A stretch of DNA of 52,490 nt from a virus. This document shows, in pieces, positions 1 to 9,924 of this stretch; within the stretch, counting starts at the first letter, position 1; each line of letters opens with the position of its first letter. Under the pieces are notes generated by a model. That model had not been told where the DNA came from, made no database searches, and saw only the letters and a list, made by a program, of their open reading frames with translations. The stretch lies in the IMG/VR virus record IMGVR_UViG_3300006065_000007, positions 84,459-136,948 of that record; one strand, 5' to 3'. The translations under genes were made by a program, and so were the position numbers.

Positions 1-1834
1 TAGCAACTCTCTGTACATATGATTCAACATCTTTATCATCCATATTACCTACAAAAACCTTAAATACACGTCTTTCAGGTGCTCTAGATGTTCGATATAT
101 TAACATAGCATCTTCTGCTAATAACAATTGTTTCCAAATTCTTCTTATTTTATCTAACATACTAGTTCCGTAGGGTAATTTCCTATCATCACCAAGTATT
201 CTAAAATGTGCCATTTCCCATGATTGGAATTCAATGTCTTTATTCTTCCATGCAAATCTTAATTCTTTAGTTGACGATAATTTAGATGTGGTAAGTTGTG
301 TATTCATACCATCGTTAGACGAACCTTCTATACGTTCTATTTCGATGTTTGGTAATTGTTGACAACCTACTATTCCTTTTTCAGGATCTATTTTCAAATA
401 TACAAAGTCATCACCATATTTACACATACCTCTAGTCCACATTTGAAGGTTAGTATCAATATCTAAAGTATTTTTAAATAAATCTTCTAAAACACTCTTT
501 ATTCTTTTCGATTCTGAATAAATTGTTAAAATTTCACCTTTCTCTGACATTGTACAACTTTCCTCCGCATATATATCTAACGCAGCAGATATCTCAGGTG
601 TATTATGTGAAAATATAGTATCAGTTGCAAAATTTTTATATCCTGGAACTGTCAAATCATAAACAGGAACAACACCATAAGGTTCAATCGATAATATTTT
701 ATGATTTAAAACATATTTATCACCTTTAACTTTTGCTGTTGAGTATTTTGATTTTTCAATATTATACGCATCACAAAATGTTGACCAATCTTTATATCCA
801 GCCCACATAATTTCTCTTTGTAATTTTGTATGTGCAATATTTAACGCTTTAGATGTTTTCTTTAATGTTTTATATTTTTTTGCTGTTTCAGTTATTAAAT
901 CAAATGGAATATGAAAATAAGCTGGATTATTTTTACCACTACGTTTACCATTCCATGAAAAATTTTTAGGTGACCTTGCAACTATTTTCATTTTTTCTAT
1001 ATAAACAGGATCACTCCACATTTTTTTTTTATTATGAATATTAGCATGATATGAGCGATGTTCATTTACATTCATAATTTTAAGATTTTCCGGTAAATTA
1101 TTTTTACCGTTAAAATCTATATGATGTACTTCTTCATTTTTTTCTTTTTTTCTATAAAACCATTCAGCTATTAAATCATGTTCAGCAACCCAACCATTAT
1201 GACCTTCATTTGAATTACAAGTATAAATCCAATTATATTTTTTATTGTTATAGAACGATTTTCTATAAAAGGGCATCATTGAATCCCCAACATTTAACTC
1301 TGAGATTCTAGAGAATGAACCATCACGTTTCATTAATCTATGATCCCATGTACCTATAATGAATCTTCCATCATCAAATGTGACTTTATATGTCATTTCA
1401 TCTCTTGTGTGATGTGCATTTTTAGCCAAAGCTGGAACAACTTTTTTTAAGTTATGGTCGTAAGAATATACTATAAATTCATAATCTTTTCCTTTATCTG
1501 AAAGTTCCTTAATTGATATACTACCATTAGGTGTAACTATTTGAGTATCACCATGTAAACAAAATTCCATAGACTCATAATCGTAATACGCTGATAATCT
1601 GTTAGGTTCGTAATAAACTGATTGGTTATATAATGTTTGATCAATCTTAGTCCATTTATCGGCTAGATATTGAGATTGTTGTGCTTGTAATAAAGCTTTT
1701 TGATAATCTTCTTTACTATCTGTTTTCAACAATTCATCTTTAGTGAATTTATAAGTAGGTAAAGATTCTTCTCCGTTTTGAAATCCAAAAACTTTAGTTA
1801 ATTTTTGGAATATAGTTAAATTATTATTTGCCAT
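1..1834 (-). CDS. Portal protein (T4 gp20-like) with intein; runs off the window start
   Basis: Manual translation from ATG 1834 (MANNNLTIFQKL...). The C-terminal part reads RKIWKQLLLAEDAMLIYRTSRAPERRVFKVFVGN, the T4-type portal motif. It is adjacent to the terminase. It is absent from the ORF track because no stop falls in the window. Confidence 0.9.
   Translation of the reverse strand, partial: MANNNLTIFQKLTKVFGFQNGEESLPTYKFTKDELLKTDSKEDYQKALLQAQQSQYLADKWTKIDQTLYNQSVYYEPNRLSAYYDYESMEFCLHGDTQIVTPNGSISIKELSDKGKDYEFIVYSYDHNLKKVVPALAKNAHHTRDEMTYKVTFDDGRFIIGTWDHRLMKRDGSFSRISELNVGDSMMPFYRKSFYNNKKYNWIYTCNSNEGHNGWVAEHDLIAEWFYRKKEKNEEVHHIDFNGKNNLPENLKIMNVNEHRSYHANIHNKKKMWSDPVYIEKMKIVARSPKNFSWNGKRSGKNNPAYFHIPFDLITETAKKYKTLKKTSKALNIAHTKLQREIMWAGYKDWSTFCDAYNIEKSKYSTAKVKGDKYVLNHKILSIEPYGVVPVYDLTVPGYKNFATDTIFSHNTPEISAALDIYAEESCTMSEKGEILTIYSESKRIKSVLEDLFKNTLDIDTNLQMWTRGMCKYGDDFVYLKIDPEKGIVGCQQLPNIEIERIEGSSNDGMNTQLTTSKLSSTKELRFAWKNKDIEFQSWEMAHFRILGDDRKLPYGTSMLDKIRRIWKQLLLAEDAMLIYRTSRAPERRVFKVFVGNMDDKDVESYVQRVA
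602..1561 (-). mobile_element. Intein (320 aa) with HNH homing endonuclease in the portal
   Basis: In-frame 960 nt. Starts ESMEF|CLHGDTQIVTPNG, has block B TWDHRL and an HNH motif EEVHHIDFNGKNNLPENL, and ends VYDLTVPGYKNFATDTIFSHN|TPEI. Confidence 0.9.
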
Positions 1835-1895
1835 TATTATAAATAGTTGAGTGTTCTAATTTAAACTTTTTTATTTTAATAATAAATACTTAATA

Positions 1896-3671
1896 TTATT
1901 TAGGTTTACCAAATAACCAATAATATTCTTTATACATTTCTTTTACATTATTCATTGGGTTATCCATATAATAAAGTTGGTTATTATCTGTTTTCATACT
2001 ACCGACAGCATCCAACACAGTACCATATGAATAAAAGCTAGAATTTGGGTCATAAGTTCTTTGAGTAATAGTCCATGAGTTTAGAATTGCTTTATTGAGA
2101 TCTTCATTTCTTTTCAATTGACTAAAACAAATTTCCCCAGCATACATTGCAATCGCAATACTCATTATTGAATCATCGTGAGTACCTTTCATGTGGTCAG
2201 GTCTTCCATTAATATAAACAAACGTATTTAATTCACTAGCTAATCTTTGTGATCTAACAATGAAATCATGTCTAAGTTGTTCTTCAAATGTTGCAACGAT
2301 TTGTGTACGTTTACTATTAAAATTAATTCCGGGAATCTTATCTAACAATTTTTCATTATATGACCATGTATCTTTTACGTTTATACCATCAATAAATAAA
2401 TCTTTATATCCAAATTCCTGTAATTTTCTAGATGTTGCGACACCCATTCCACCTGTTATATCAACAACAATAAATGCTTCATATAATAAACCCCATTTAT
2501 AAGCAATGGAAGCTAAATCATCAGGTGGTATTTTACCAACATATTCTAAAACTTGTTCTCTATCATCAAAATCTATTATATTAATAGAAGAAAAATCATC
2601 ACTATCACCACGGCTAACATCTATACCCATAATATATCTATGACCTATTATAGGTTCTTTCCATTGCCATAGTTGACCCATCATATATTTTTCAATAGGT
2701 GTTCTTACCATATTTTTAACGATGTTATTTTGTATTTCTTTTGGTATAACACTATCACCTGAACCTAAAAAGTCACATTCAATTTCTTGAGCAATTTGTC
2801 TTCTATCAAATTTAAATTTTTTAGCCATACCCTCAAACCATGAAGAAAATGGTTTATAACCTTGTTTAATTAATTCTGGATATTCCGATTTATCTTTAGC
2901 GTGTATAGTAATTTCATCATCATTATATAGTTCTCTATTTAACATATAATGTACCATGTCATCCACCTTTAACCATATTAAATCTTTGGTATATCTAGGG
3001 TCATTATACCAAGTAAGATCTGTTATATGGAAATTATTTTCACCATGAATAGATTGTTGATAAATTGCGTGATATATTGGATCAAAACCATTAGGTGTAG
3101 ATATTAAAATTATTTTACCACCTGTAGATAATGATGCCATAGATGCAGACCAAAAATCTTCACCTGCTTCTATATAAGCAGCCTCATCAAATATTAATAT
3201 TGTAGGTGTATAACCACGAAGAGCATCTTTTGAAGTTGCCACAGCTTTAACTTCACATCCATTATTTAATCTATATCTTGTTTCTGAATTTTTATCAGGT
3301 GAATAACCTACATTAATCCAATCAGGCCATTGATCAATAAAACCACGTATTTTATTTGCCATTTCTATAGCCGTATCTCTTTTATTGGCGATAATTAGTA
3401 CTCTTTCAGGAGCTTCAGGTTTTGCAAATTGAAGTTTTTTTGATATCCAAGCAGCGGTAACAGTAGATACACCAGCTTGACGATATTTTCTAGTTATATT
3501 TTCATTATATTGTTCGTAATCGTGTATTAGTTGTAATTGGTCAGGGAATAATTCTAATGGTACGAATTTTTTTTGTGTATTGTCATAAGTTTGTAAATAT
3601 GTTTTTAAAGCATAGGGGGTGTCTTTAACAATACGTACATATTCTTTTAATTGTTCTATTTTATTATTCAT
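1896..3671 (-). CDS. terL: Terminase large subunit
   Basis: Walker A-like RQAGVST, Walker B IFDEAA, motif III ISTPNG, and RNase H nuclease motifs MGIDVSRG and HDD. Confidence 0.93.
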   Translation of the reverse strand: MNNKIEQLKEYVRIVKDTPYALKTYLQTYDNTQKKFVPLELFPDQLQLIHDYEQYNENITRKYRQAGVSTVTAAWISKKLQFAKPEAPERVLIIANKRDTAIEMANKIRGFIDQWPDWINVGYSPDKNSETRYRLNNGCEVKAVATSKDALRGYTPTILIFDEAAYIEAGEDFWSASMASLSTGGKIILISTPNGFDPIYHAIYQQSIHGENNFHITDLTWYNDPRYTKDLIWLKVDDMVHYMLNRELYNDDEITIHAKDKSEYPELIKQGYKPFSSWFEGMAKKFKFDRRQIAQEIECDFLGSGDSVIPKEIQNNIVKNMVRTPIEKYMMGQLWQWKEPIIGHRYIMGIDVSRGDSDDFSSINIIDFDDREQVLEYVGKIPPDDLASIAYKWGLLYEAFIVVDITGGMGVATSRKLQEFGYKDLFIDGINVKDTWSYNEKLLDKIPGINFNSKRTQIVATFEEQLRHDFIVRSQRLASELNTFVYINGRPDHMKGTHDDSIMSIAIAMYAGEICFSQLKRNEDLNKAILNSWTITQRTYDPNSSFYSYGTVLDAVGSMKTDNNQLYYMDNPMNNVKEMYKEYYWLFGKPK

Positions 3672-3768
3672 TGATATTCTTTATTTTATATATAAATATC
3701 AATGAATGATAAATAAAAAAAGTGGCCTATATAGACCACTTAAATCAAAATTATAAGTTTATTAAATT

Positions 3769-4050
3769 TTAAAAGAGTTCAACTGATATTTTATAAGAAT
3801 GTTTAAATAGTTCATCATCAAAATTTTCGTTAGGATCTACAGTACTTAAATAATCAAATACAGTATTAAAAAATCTTGCGTCAGCAGTGGTTATTTCTTT
3901 GTTTTTAATTTTGTTACTTAAATATTCTTCTAAATTACCAAATAATAATTGTAATTCTCGTTCATATACAGCATTAATTGTTTTTTGTTTTGAAAGTAAT
4001 GATTTTATTTTAGAATCATTTTCACTTTTTTTTAAATATTCATAAAACAC
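3769..4050 (-). CDS. Hypothetical protein
   Basis: ORF in the co-oriented block, followed by a hairpin terminator at about 3716-3742. The true start may lie further upstream. Confidence 0.55.
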   Translation of the reverse strand: MFYEYLKKSENDSKIKSLLSKQKTINAVYERELQLLFGNLEEYLSNKIKNKEITTADARFFNTVFDYLSTVDPNENFDDELFKHSYKISVELF

Positions 4051-4129
4051 ATCTTCAGCTGTTGGATTTACAGATTTTCTTTTAATATTTTTTTTAATTC
4101 TCTATTTCTTTTTTACTTTTCATAACTAT

Positions 4130-5413
4130 TTAATTTAAAGTAATACCTAAACCGGCTAGAAATTCATCTAAATCAACATCATCGTTTTTGTGTTTTTCAA
4201 CAATTTCATTCATAACACTTCTGAAATGTGAATCATCTTCAGTAACTTCTTCACCATCGATAACCATTTTTAAGTCATAATACATTGCACCCATAAGTTT
4301 TTTACCATCATCAGTATTATCAATAATTTCTTTCATTGATATCAAAAATTCGTTAACAGGTAGATTAGCAATATTAACATACATATAAGATTGTAACATT
4401 TTTTCGTTTTCATCAGTTAATACAGCGTTAGGTAAAGTTTTTAATAATCTTCTCCATATTGCAGGACCAATCCTTATATCCCAAATTTCATGTACAAGTT
4501 GATCTTCTAATTCCATTGCTTTTTGATATTTTTCCTGATCTTCAGGTTCTTTTTCTTTACCTAAAAATTCCATAACACTTTTAATTGCTTCGTGAATTAA
4601 AAATGGAAATATCATAGCTTCAGCGTGTATAGTAGGTGGGTCAGTTGTGGTATCTATTTTTGCTTTACCTGCAGCACCTGTTCCTTCACTACCCATAGCA
4701 GAAGATAACATTTCATCAGAAAATTGCCAATAACCTAACATCATTGTTGCAACAAAAATAGAATATTTTTCTACAATATTTCTTACACCTAATATTCTTT
4801 CTAATTGTGGTTGTACAGTTCTAAATAAATAACTACCATCCACAGCGTGTCCTTGGGTCATTGCATTAATAAGCCTTCTTTTTGCTCTTTCTGGTGTTAA
4901 ATCATTAATATCATCTGCTAGTTCTTCTTCTTGTTGTTTAAGTTGTTCTTTTTTAGGTGTATTGTTTAGTTTAATAGATTGTTTAATTATTTTAAAATCA
5001 TATTGTAAAACATTATCAGGAATTTTAAAATGATTTTTTATTATTTCAACACATAATTGTTCAAGTTCTTCTTCGTGATTATTTTCTGCCATCATAATTT
5101 CCCTTAAAATACCAAAAGCAGCGTTAGATAATCTACCATAACTTCCAGTAACACCTGTACCGATATTTCTTTGTCCTGTATATTCTGCTAATTTATCTAA
5201 GGCGTTTTTATATTGTTCAGAAGCTAATAGTTCTTCATAATTATTATGACCTTCAGGTGTATCAGGAAAATCTACTTTATTAAAAGGTGTATCTCTAGTA
5301 GATAAATCACGTTCAACATCAGGTGATGGTCTACTTCCCGGATCACTAAAAGACATCTGTTCTTTAGGTTCAGTTTTTTGTCCTAAAATTAATTTTTTAT
5401 GTTTTTTTGCCAT
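4130..5413 (-). CDS. Hypothetical phage protein (427 aa)
   Basis: Long ORF tightly packed in the operon upstream of terL. Confidence 0.75.
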   Translation of the reverse strand: MAKKHKKLILGQKTEPKEQMSFSDPGSRPSPDVERDLSTRDTPFNKVDFPDTPEGHNNYEELLASEQYKNALDKLAEYTGQRNIGTGVTGSYGRLSNAAFGILREIMMAENNHEEELEQLCVEIIKNHFKIPDNVLQYDFKIIKQSIKLNNTPKKEQLKQQEEELADDINDLTPERAKRRLINAMTQGHAVDGSYLFRTVQPQLERILGVRNIVEKYSIFVATMMLGYWQFSDEMLSSAMGSEGTGAAGKAKIDTTTDPPTIHAEAMIFPFLIHEAIKSVMEFLGKEKEPEDQEKYQKAMELEDQLVHEIWDIRIGPAIWRRLLKTLPNAVLTDENEKMLQSYMYVNIANLPVNEFLISMKEIIDNTDDGKKLMGAMYYDLKMVIDGEEVTEDDSHFRSVMNEIVEKHKNDDVDLDEFLAGLGITLN

Positions 5414-5414
5414 A

Positions 5415-6065
5415 TTAATCGTTTTTTGTTAATTTCACTATATTACTAAAAAATAAAAATTCAGGTAATTCGATATTTTTTTCCATTTTAGGTCTTGGAT
5501 CAGGTCCTGGACCAGGTTTTTTCCAAGGTTCTTTAAATGGTCGTTTACCAGGTTCTTTTGTTGGTTCACTAGGTCTTGTTCTTGGTTCTTTAACTGGTGT
5601 TTCAATTTCAGGTTCAGCTACAGATTGTTCATTTAATTTTCTTTGAATTAACTCCATTATTTCATTTTTTGTTGTTACTGAATAATATTTACTTTCCACC
5701 AAATTTTCCACCCAATTTAATATTTGTGATTTTTCAATAGATTCATTTTTTGGTGTTACCTTTTTATGTGATTTTTCTTTTATTTCTTTTTTAGTTTCAC
5801 CACATTCATCAAGACAACCCTCTTCTTTTACAAAAGATTTAGAACCACATTCTGCTATTTCAGATTCAGGTACAATTCTAACAGTTTTATTAACTAAGTT
5901 TTCAGGTTTAATTTTTTTTAAATCATCCTGTTTTACAGTTAATGTTTCGTTTTCTTTTAAGATTCTGGTCGAAAGCATTTTTATTTGTTTATCGGACAAA
6001 GATACTAAAGTTTTTTCAGAAAACCCCTCTTTTATTAAAATTTCTATTAATTTATTTCTTTTCAT
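5415..6065 (-). CDS. Hypothetical protein with Pro-rich C-terminus
   Basis: ORF overlapping the upstream gene stop; PGPGPDPRP low-complexity tract. Confidence 0.7.
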   Translation of the reverse strand: MKRNKLIEILIKEGFSEKTLVSLSDKQIKMLSTRILKENETLTVKQDDLKKIKPENLVNKTVRIVPESEIAECGSKSFVKEEGCLDECGETKKEIKEKSHKKVTPKNESIEKSQILNWVENLVESKYYSVTTKNEIMELIQRKLNEQSVAEPEIETPVKEPRTRPSEPTKEPGKRPFKEPWKKPGPGPDPRPKMEKNIELPEFLFFSNIVKLTKND

Positions 6066-6463
6066 TTGTATTTGTATTTTACCTCCTCTTTTATTAACTT
6101 CAATTCTCTTGACGATAGTTTTTCAGTTACACTATCTACTGTTTCCCCATAACGGAAAAATAATCTTTCAAGTCTTTCTTCAGATTCATTATAAAACGGT
6201 TCCCAACCTAATGCGATTACACCATCTACAGCATCTATCACACCAAAATAATCTGAATTTTGTACTAATTCTAAAACTAAATCTGAATTTTTCAATAACC
6301 CAACTAAATCTATATTAATTATTTCTGGTGGTTTAGATCTTTCAGATGATGGTATAATATACCATTCCTCAACAATAATATCTATTTCTTTTCCGAAAAT
6401 AAATTCATATTGTTTCTGACCTTTATAATCTTTACCAAGTTCATTAATATAAATAAGATACAT
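6062..6463 (-). CDS. Hypothetical phage protein
   Basis: ORF with overlapping start/stop codons on both sides. Confidence 0.7.
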   Translation of the reverse strand: MYLIYINELGKDYKGQKQYEFIFGKEIDIIVEEWYIIPSSERSKPPEIINIDLVGLLKNSDLVLELVQNSDYFGVIDAVDGVIALGWEPFYNESEERLERLFFRYGETVDSVTEKLSSRELKLIKEEVKYKYK

Positions 6464-7677
6464 TATTTAAAATAGTTTTGTAAATTGTCTTTTATAACTT
6501 TATTCACAATATTTTTAATTTCATCAATATCGAATTCACGTACACTTGTTTCATCAAACTCATCGTCCTCAAATATTTCTGAATCAATATCTTCATCATT
6601 TGAATTATCACCAGTTGTTGCTAAATAGGCACTTATATTTTCATCTTCCTCATCAATACCTAATTCGTCCTTTCGTGCTTTAACCCAATCATCAGAATCA
6701 TACATTCTATCACTAGGACTTTGATATGATTTTCTTTCGTTTTCAATAGGGTCATAAATTTCTTCATCACCTTCTATTTCATCGTCATCAAATTTGGTGT
6801 TTTCAAAATCATCATCCGGATCAAATTCAAATTCAGTATTTATTAAATTTTCTAAATCTTGCATTTCACCAAGTTCATCTTCAGTTGGAGTTCCATCTGT
6901 TGGTATTTCTTCATCAAATGAAGGTTCATCATCAATTTCTTCACTATCACCATCAAAGTCACCTTCCTTATCTAAATCAAAATTAGCAAGAACATCATCT
7001 AAGTCTTCTTCATCTAATTTGTTTAGATCAATTGCAGATATAATAGAATTTAAAATATATTTTAAATCTTTACTTTCAAGTTCTTCTTCAGATGAACGTA
7101 TTTTTTCACCCAAACGACCAGTTAATTTTTGGATAATTTTTAAACCACTTTCATTGTCTTCACTATCCATATCATCATCAGATGAAGTTGGAAGATCCAA
7201 TTTGTCACCCATTCCACCTTCTGGTGTTGGATTTTCGTCTGGCATCGGATTTTCATCTGGTGCAGTAACATTCTCCGGAGCTGGTGCTGGTGTAGTATCT
7301 ACAGGAGGTTCAGCTGGTGCACTTTGTGTAGGTTTAGTTTTTAGTACATATTTAGTTGCCTCTTGAATATTTTCTTGACCTTTTAAAAGGTTCAATCTTT
7401 TTAAAGCTTCTGGATAAGACGAAAATCTATTTTTATTTTTCATAAATAAACCGCCAATATAATCAAGAGTATTTTCATTTAACCCCATTTTAACGTAATA
7501 TCCATCTTTTTCTTTCACAATACCATATACACCATTAACTGTTTCTACAAGATATTCATAATTTGCAGAAACATGATTAACATCTTTTTTATTATCATAG
7601 TATGTAAGTTCAAGGATTCTTTTCATTTTTTCATTACCCTGAAGTTTTTCACTACCAACTGGTTTAATTTCTCCCAT
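6463..7677 (-). CDS. Highly acidic hypothetical protein (possible head assembly or internal protein)
   Basis: Long D/E-rich ORF with a Pro-rich linker and a TATTTAT motif upstream. Function is inferred only. Confidence 0.65.
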   Translation of the reverse strand: MGEIKPVGSEKLQGNEKMKRILELTYYDNKKDVNHVSANYEYLVETVNGVYGIVKEKDGYYVKMGLNENTLDYIGGLFMKNKNRFSSYPEALKRLNLLKGQENIQEATKYVLKTKPTQSAPAEPPVDTTPAPAPENVTAPDENPMPDENPTPEGGMGDKLDLPTSSDDDMDSEDNESGLKIIQKLTGRLGEKIRSSEEELESKDLKYILNSIISAIDLNKLDEEDLDDVLANFDLDKEGDFDGDSEEIDDEPSFDEEIPTDGTPTEDELGEMQDLENLINTEFEFDPDDDFENTKFDDDEIEGDEEIYDPIENERKSYQSPSDRMYDSDDWVKARKDELGIDEEDENISAYLATTGDNSNDEDIDSEIFEDDEFDETSVREFDIDEIKNIVNKVIKDNLQNYFK

Positions 7678-7775
7678 TTTATTTTTTTTTTTATTTTTAT
7701 TTTATTCTTATCTAATAAATACAATAAATCTTTAAAAAATATTGATTTATTATATGTTATATTTATATCTTTGTT

Positions 7776-9086
7776 TTATTTTGATTCATAAAGATATTCA
7801 TCTTCGATGTCATCATATGATTTTGGTTTCACCCCATATATAAAATATCTTTTAATACCATCAATTATAAAATGTTCAGGAGTACCTTCATCATATTTTA
7901 TATAGGCATCTAAATTCATTTCAATAGTTATTTTACCATCATATTTACGTATTAATTTACGTATAACTTCAAATTGTTCTTGACTAGGCATAACGTTTAT
8001 TTCCATTGATTTTGATTCAGGTATATAACGAATAAACCCCATATCCATAGCAACTCTCATACCTTTCCAATATTTTTCGTTTAATTCTTCATAATTAACA
8101 GATTTAAGATTTAAATCATAAAATAAACCACCAATATTTCTATGATCTTGTACTCTAGATCCTTTACCTTCAGAAAAATCTAAAAGATATCCACTTGGTG
8201 TTATAAATCCTGCTTTAATAAATGAATCGGTTTTACCATAATGGTTCACAGCTGCTCTTTCTAATTTTATTATATCGGAATCTGGATATTTTTTTTCTTC
8301 ATTTAATGAAAGTTTTTTTGTGGTGATATCTTTATTTAAATTATATAGTTTTTCAATATATTTATTTCGTCTTAACAATTTAAAGGTTAAATTCTCATAT
8401 GAAAATTCACCACCAGTTTCTAACCCACTTTGTCTAAATTTTTTTAACTTATTTTTTATATCACTTATTTCATCAGATACATCTATTCCTTCTTTATTTT
8501 TTTTAGTTAAATCATCAATTAGTTTTCCGTATTCTTCACCTTTTTTTAATATCATATCCTCATCAATATCATATTTTTCTTTTTTAGGTTCTTTTATCCA
8601 TTCATTGTTTAAAATAGAATAAACACCAGATGATACATGTTTTTCGTTAATATCCTCAACATATAACTCTACATCATAATTTTTAATTTTTATTTTATGT
8701 ATAGTATTCCATATGTTTTTTTTATATGTAAAAAAATCTTTTATAATCTGTTTAATAATAGTTGAATTTTGTTCATATAATTCGTCCATATTAATTAAAA
8801 TATGTAAATCTATATCAGAATATTTTGACCAATTATAATTCGCTAATGAACCTGTTAATACTATATCATATATGAAGACATCAATATCTATATACGAAAA
8901 AAAAGCGTTAGAAACCTCTAGTAGTTTATTTCTAACACTTTCTATCATAACATATTTATCACTTTCTTTAGTGAAAACCACTGGTGATAAATTTTTTTTA
9001 AGTTTAAAAGTTTTGATAATTTTTTTATCAAATTCACTATCTTCTGTTAACTCGTCAACTAATTTTTTTGTAATTATATTTTCCAT
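7776..9086 (-). CDS. Pol-beta-superfamily nucleotidyltransferase with an extra C-terminal domain
   Basis: GS...DxD signature VLTGSLANYNWSKYSDIDLH, plus a third acidic residue in VELYVED. Confidence 0.75.
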   Translation of the reverse strand: MENIITKKLVDELTEDSEFDKKIIKTFKLKKNLSPVVFTKESDKYVMIESVRNKLLEVSNAFFSYIDIDVFIYDIVLTGSLANYNWSKYSDIDLHILINMDELYEQNSTIIKQIIKDFFTYKKNIWNTIHKIKIKNYDVELYVEDINEKHVSSGVYSILNNEWIKEPKKEKYDIDEDMILKKGEEYGKLIDDLTKKNKEGIDVSDEISDIKNKLKKFRQSGLETGGEFSYENLTFKLLRRNKYIEKLYNLNKDITTKKLSLNEEKKYPDSDIIKLERAAVNHYGKTDSFIKAGFITPSGYLLDFSEGKGSRVQDHRNIGGLFYDLNLKSVNYEELNEKYWKGMRVAMDMGFIRYIPESKSMEINVMPSQEQFEVIRKLIRKYDGKITIEMNLDAYIKYDEGTPEHFIIDGIKRYFIYGVKPKSYDDIEDEYLYESK

Positions 9087-9336
9087 TTATATTAGTACTA
9101 AAGAACTTTCCTTGTGAATCTGTCATTCTAAATTTTGTAAACATTTCCCAAGGAAAATCATAATACTCATAAATACTTCCATTATTGAAAGTGATCGTTA
9201 AAACTTTACTTTCAGTATCGTAAACCGCTTGTTTCAAATTACTTGATTTAATATCAACACTAATAATGTTTTTTTCAATTTTTTCTGTAATAATTCCCAT
9301 ATTATTTTTTTTTATAATATACGAAAAATAAATCAA
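9055..9336 (-). CDS. KTSC-domain protein
   Basis: SSNLKQAVYD..LTITFNNGSIYEYYD..SQGKFFSTNINGKY matches the KTSC pattern. Likely start is MGIIT at 9300. Confidence 0.85.
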   Translation of the reverse strand: MIYFSYIIKKNNMGIITEKIEKNIISVDIKSSNLKQAVYDTESKVLTITFNNGSIYEYYDFPWEMFTKFRMTDSQGKFFSTNINGKYNYKKIS

Positions 9337-9383
9337 ATAAAAAACCCCTCATAAAAAAAATCCCGAATGTTTCGGGATTTCAA

Positions 9384-9812
9384 TTAATTAATAGAAATGA
9401 TTCGTTCTATCATTTTTTTCTCGTTAAATGGTATTTTTATTTCCAATATACCATTCTTTACTTCGGCTTTAATTTCTGAATCTAAAACATTATCAGGTAA
9501 ATAATAAGATTTAGAGAAGTTTGATACAAAATAAACAGAATCTTCTTTTAATTCATTTTCAAATGAAATTTTTAAAATACCTTCTTTAACAACAATTTTT
9601 AAATCATCTTTTGTCAATCCAGGAACAGACATTAATAATGTATAACCATCATCTTTTTTGTTGATTGATGTTTTAGGTACAGAACCAACCTTTCTTGTTT
9701 CGAACACTTTATCTATAGTGTCAAAAAGTGAATCATTAAATAATGTAATCATATTCATTTTATTTTTTTTATTATTTATTATTGGTATGGTAATTGACAA
9801 ATTTCCTACCAC
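9384..9812 (-). CDS. Small heat-shock protein (Hsp20)
   Basis: VPGLTKDDLKI, FSKSYYLP and AEVKNGILEIKIP alpha-crystallin motifs. True start is probably near 9753-9759. Confidence 0.88.
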   Translation of the reverse strand: MVGNLSITIPIINNKKNKMNMITLFNDSLFDTIDKVFETRKVGSVPKTSINKKDDGYTLLMSVPGLTKDDLKIVVKEGILKISFENELKEDSVYFVSNFSKSYYLPDNVLDSEIKAEVKNGILEIKIPFNEKKMIERIISIN

Positions 9813-9924
9813 AAATAAAAATATGACAAAATTTCAGTTTTTTTTTTAATCATTCAATTTTGTTTTTTTTAAAAAAAACGTTACTTTTGTATAAAAAATT
9901 TAATTTAATTATAAATAAAAAATT

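Noticed and set aside
6794-7366. Ser-rich plus-strand ORF and similar antisense ORFs (2260, 8320, 27239, 27757, 33747 and others)
   Set aside because: They are antisense shadows of well-supported genes.
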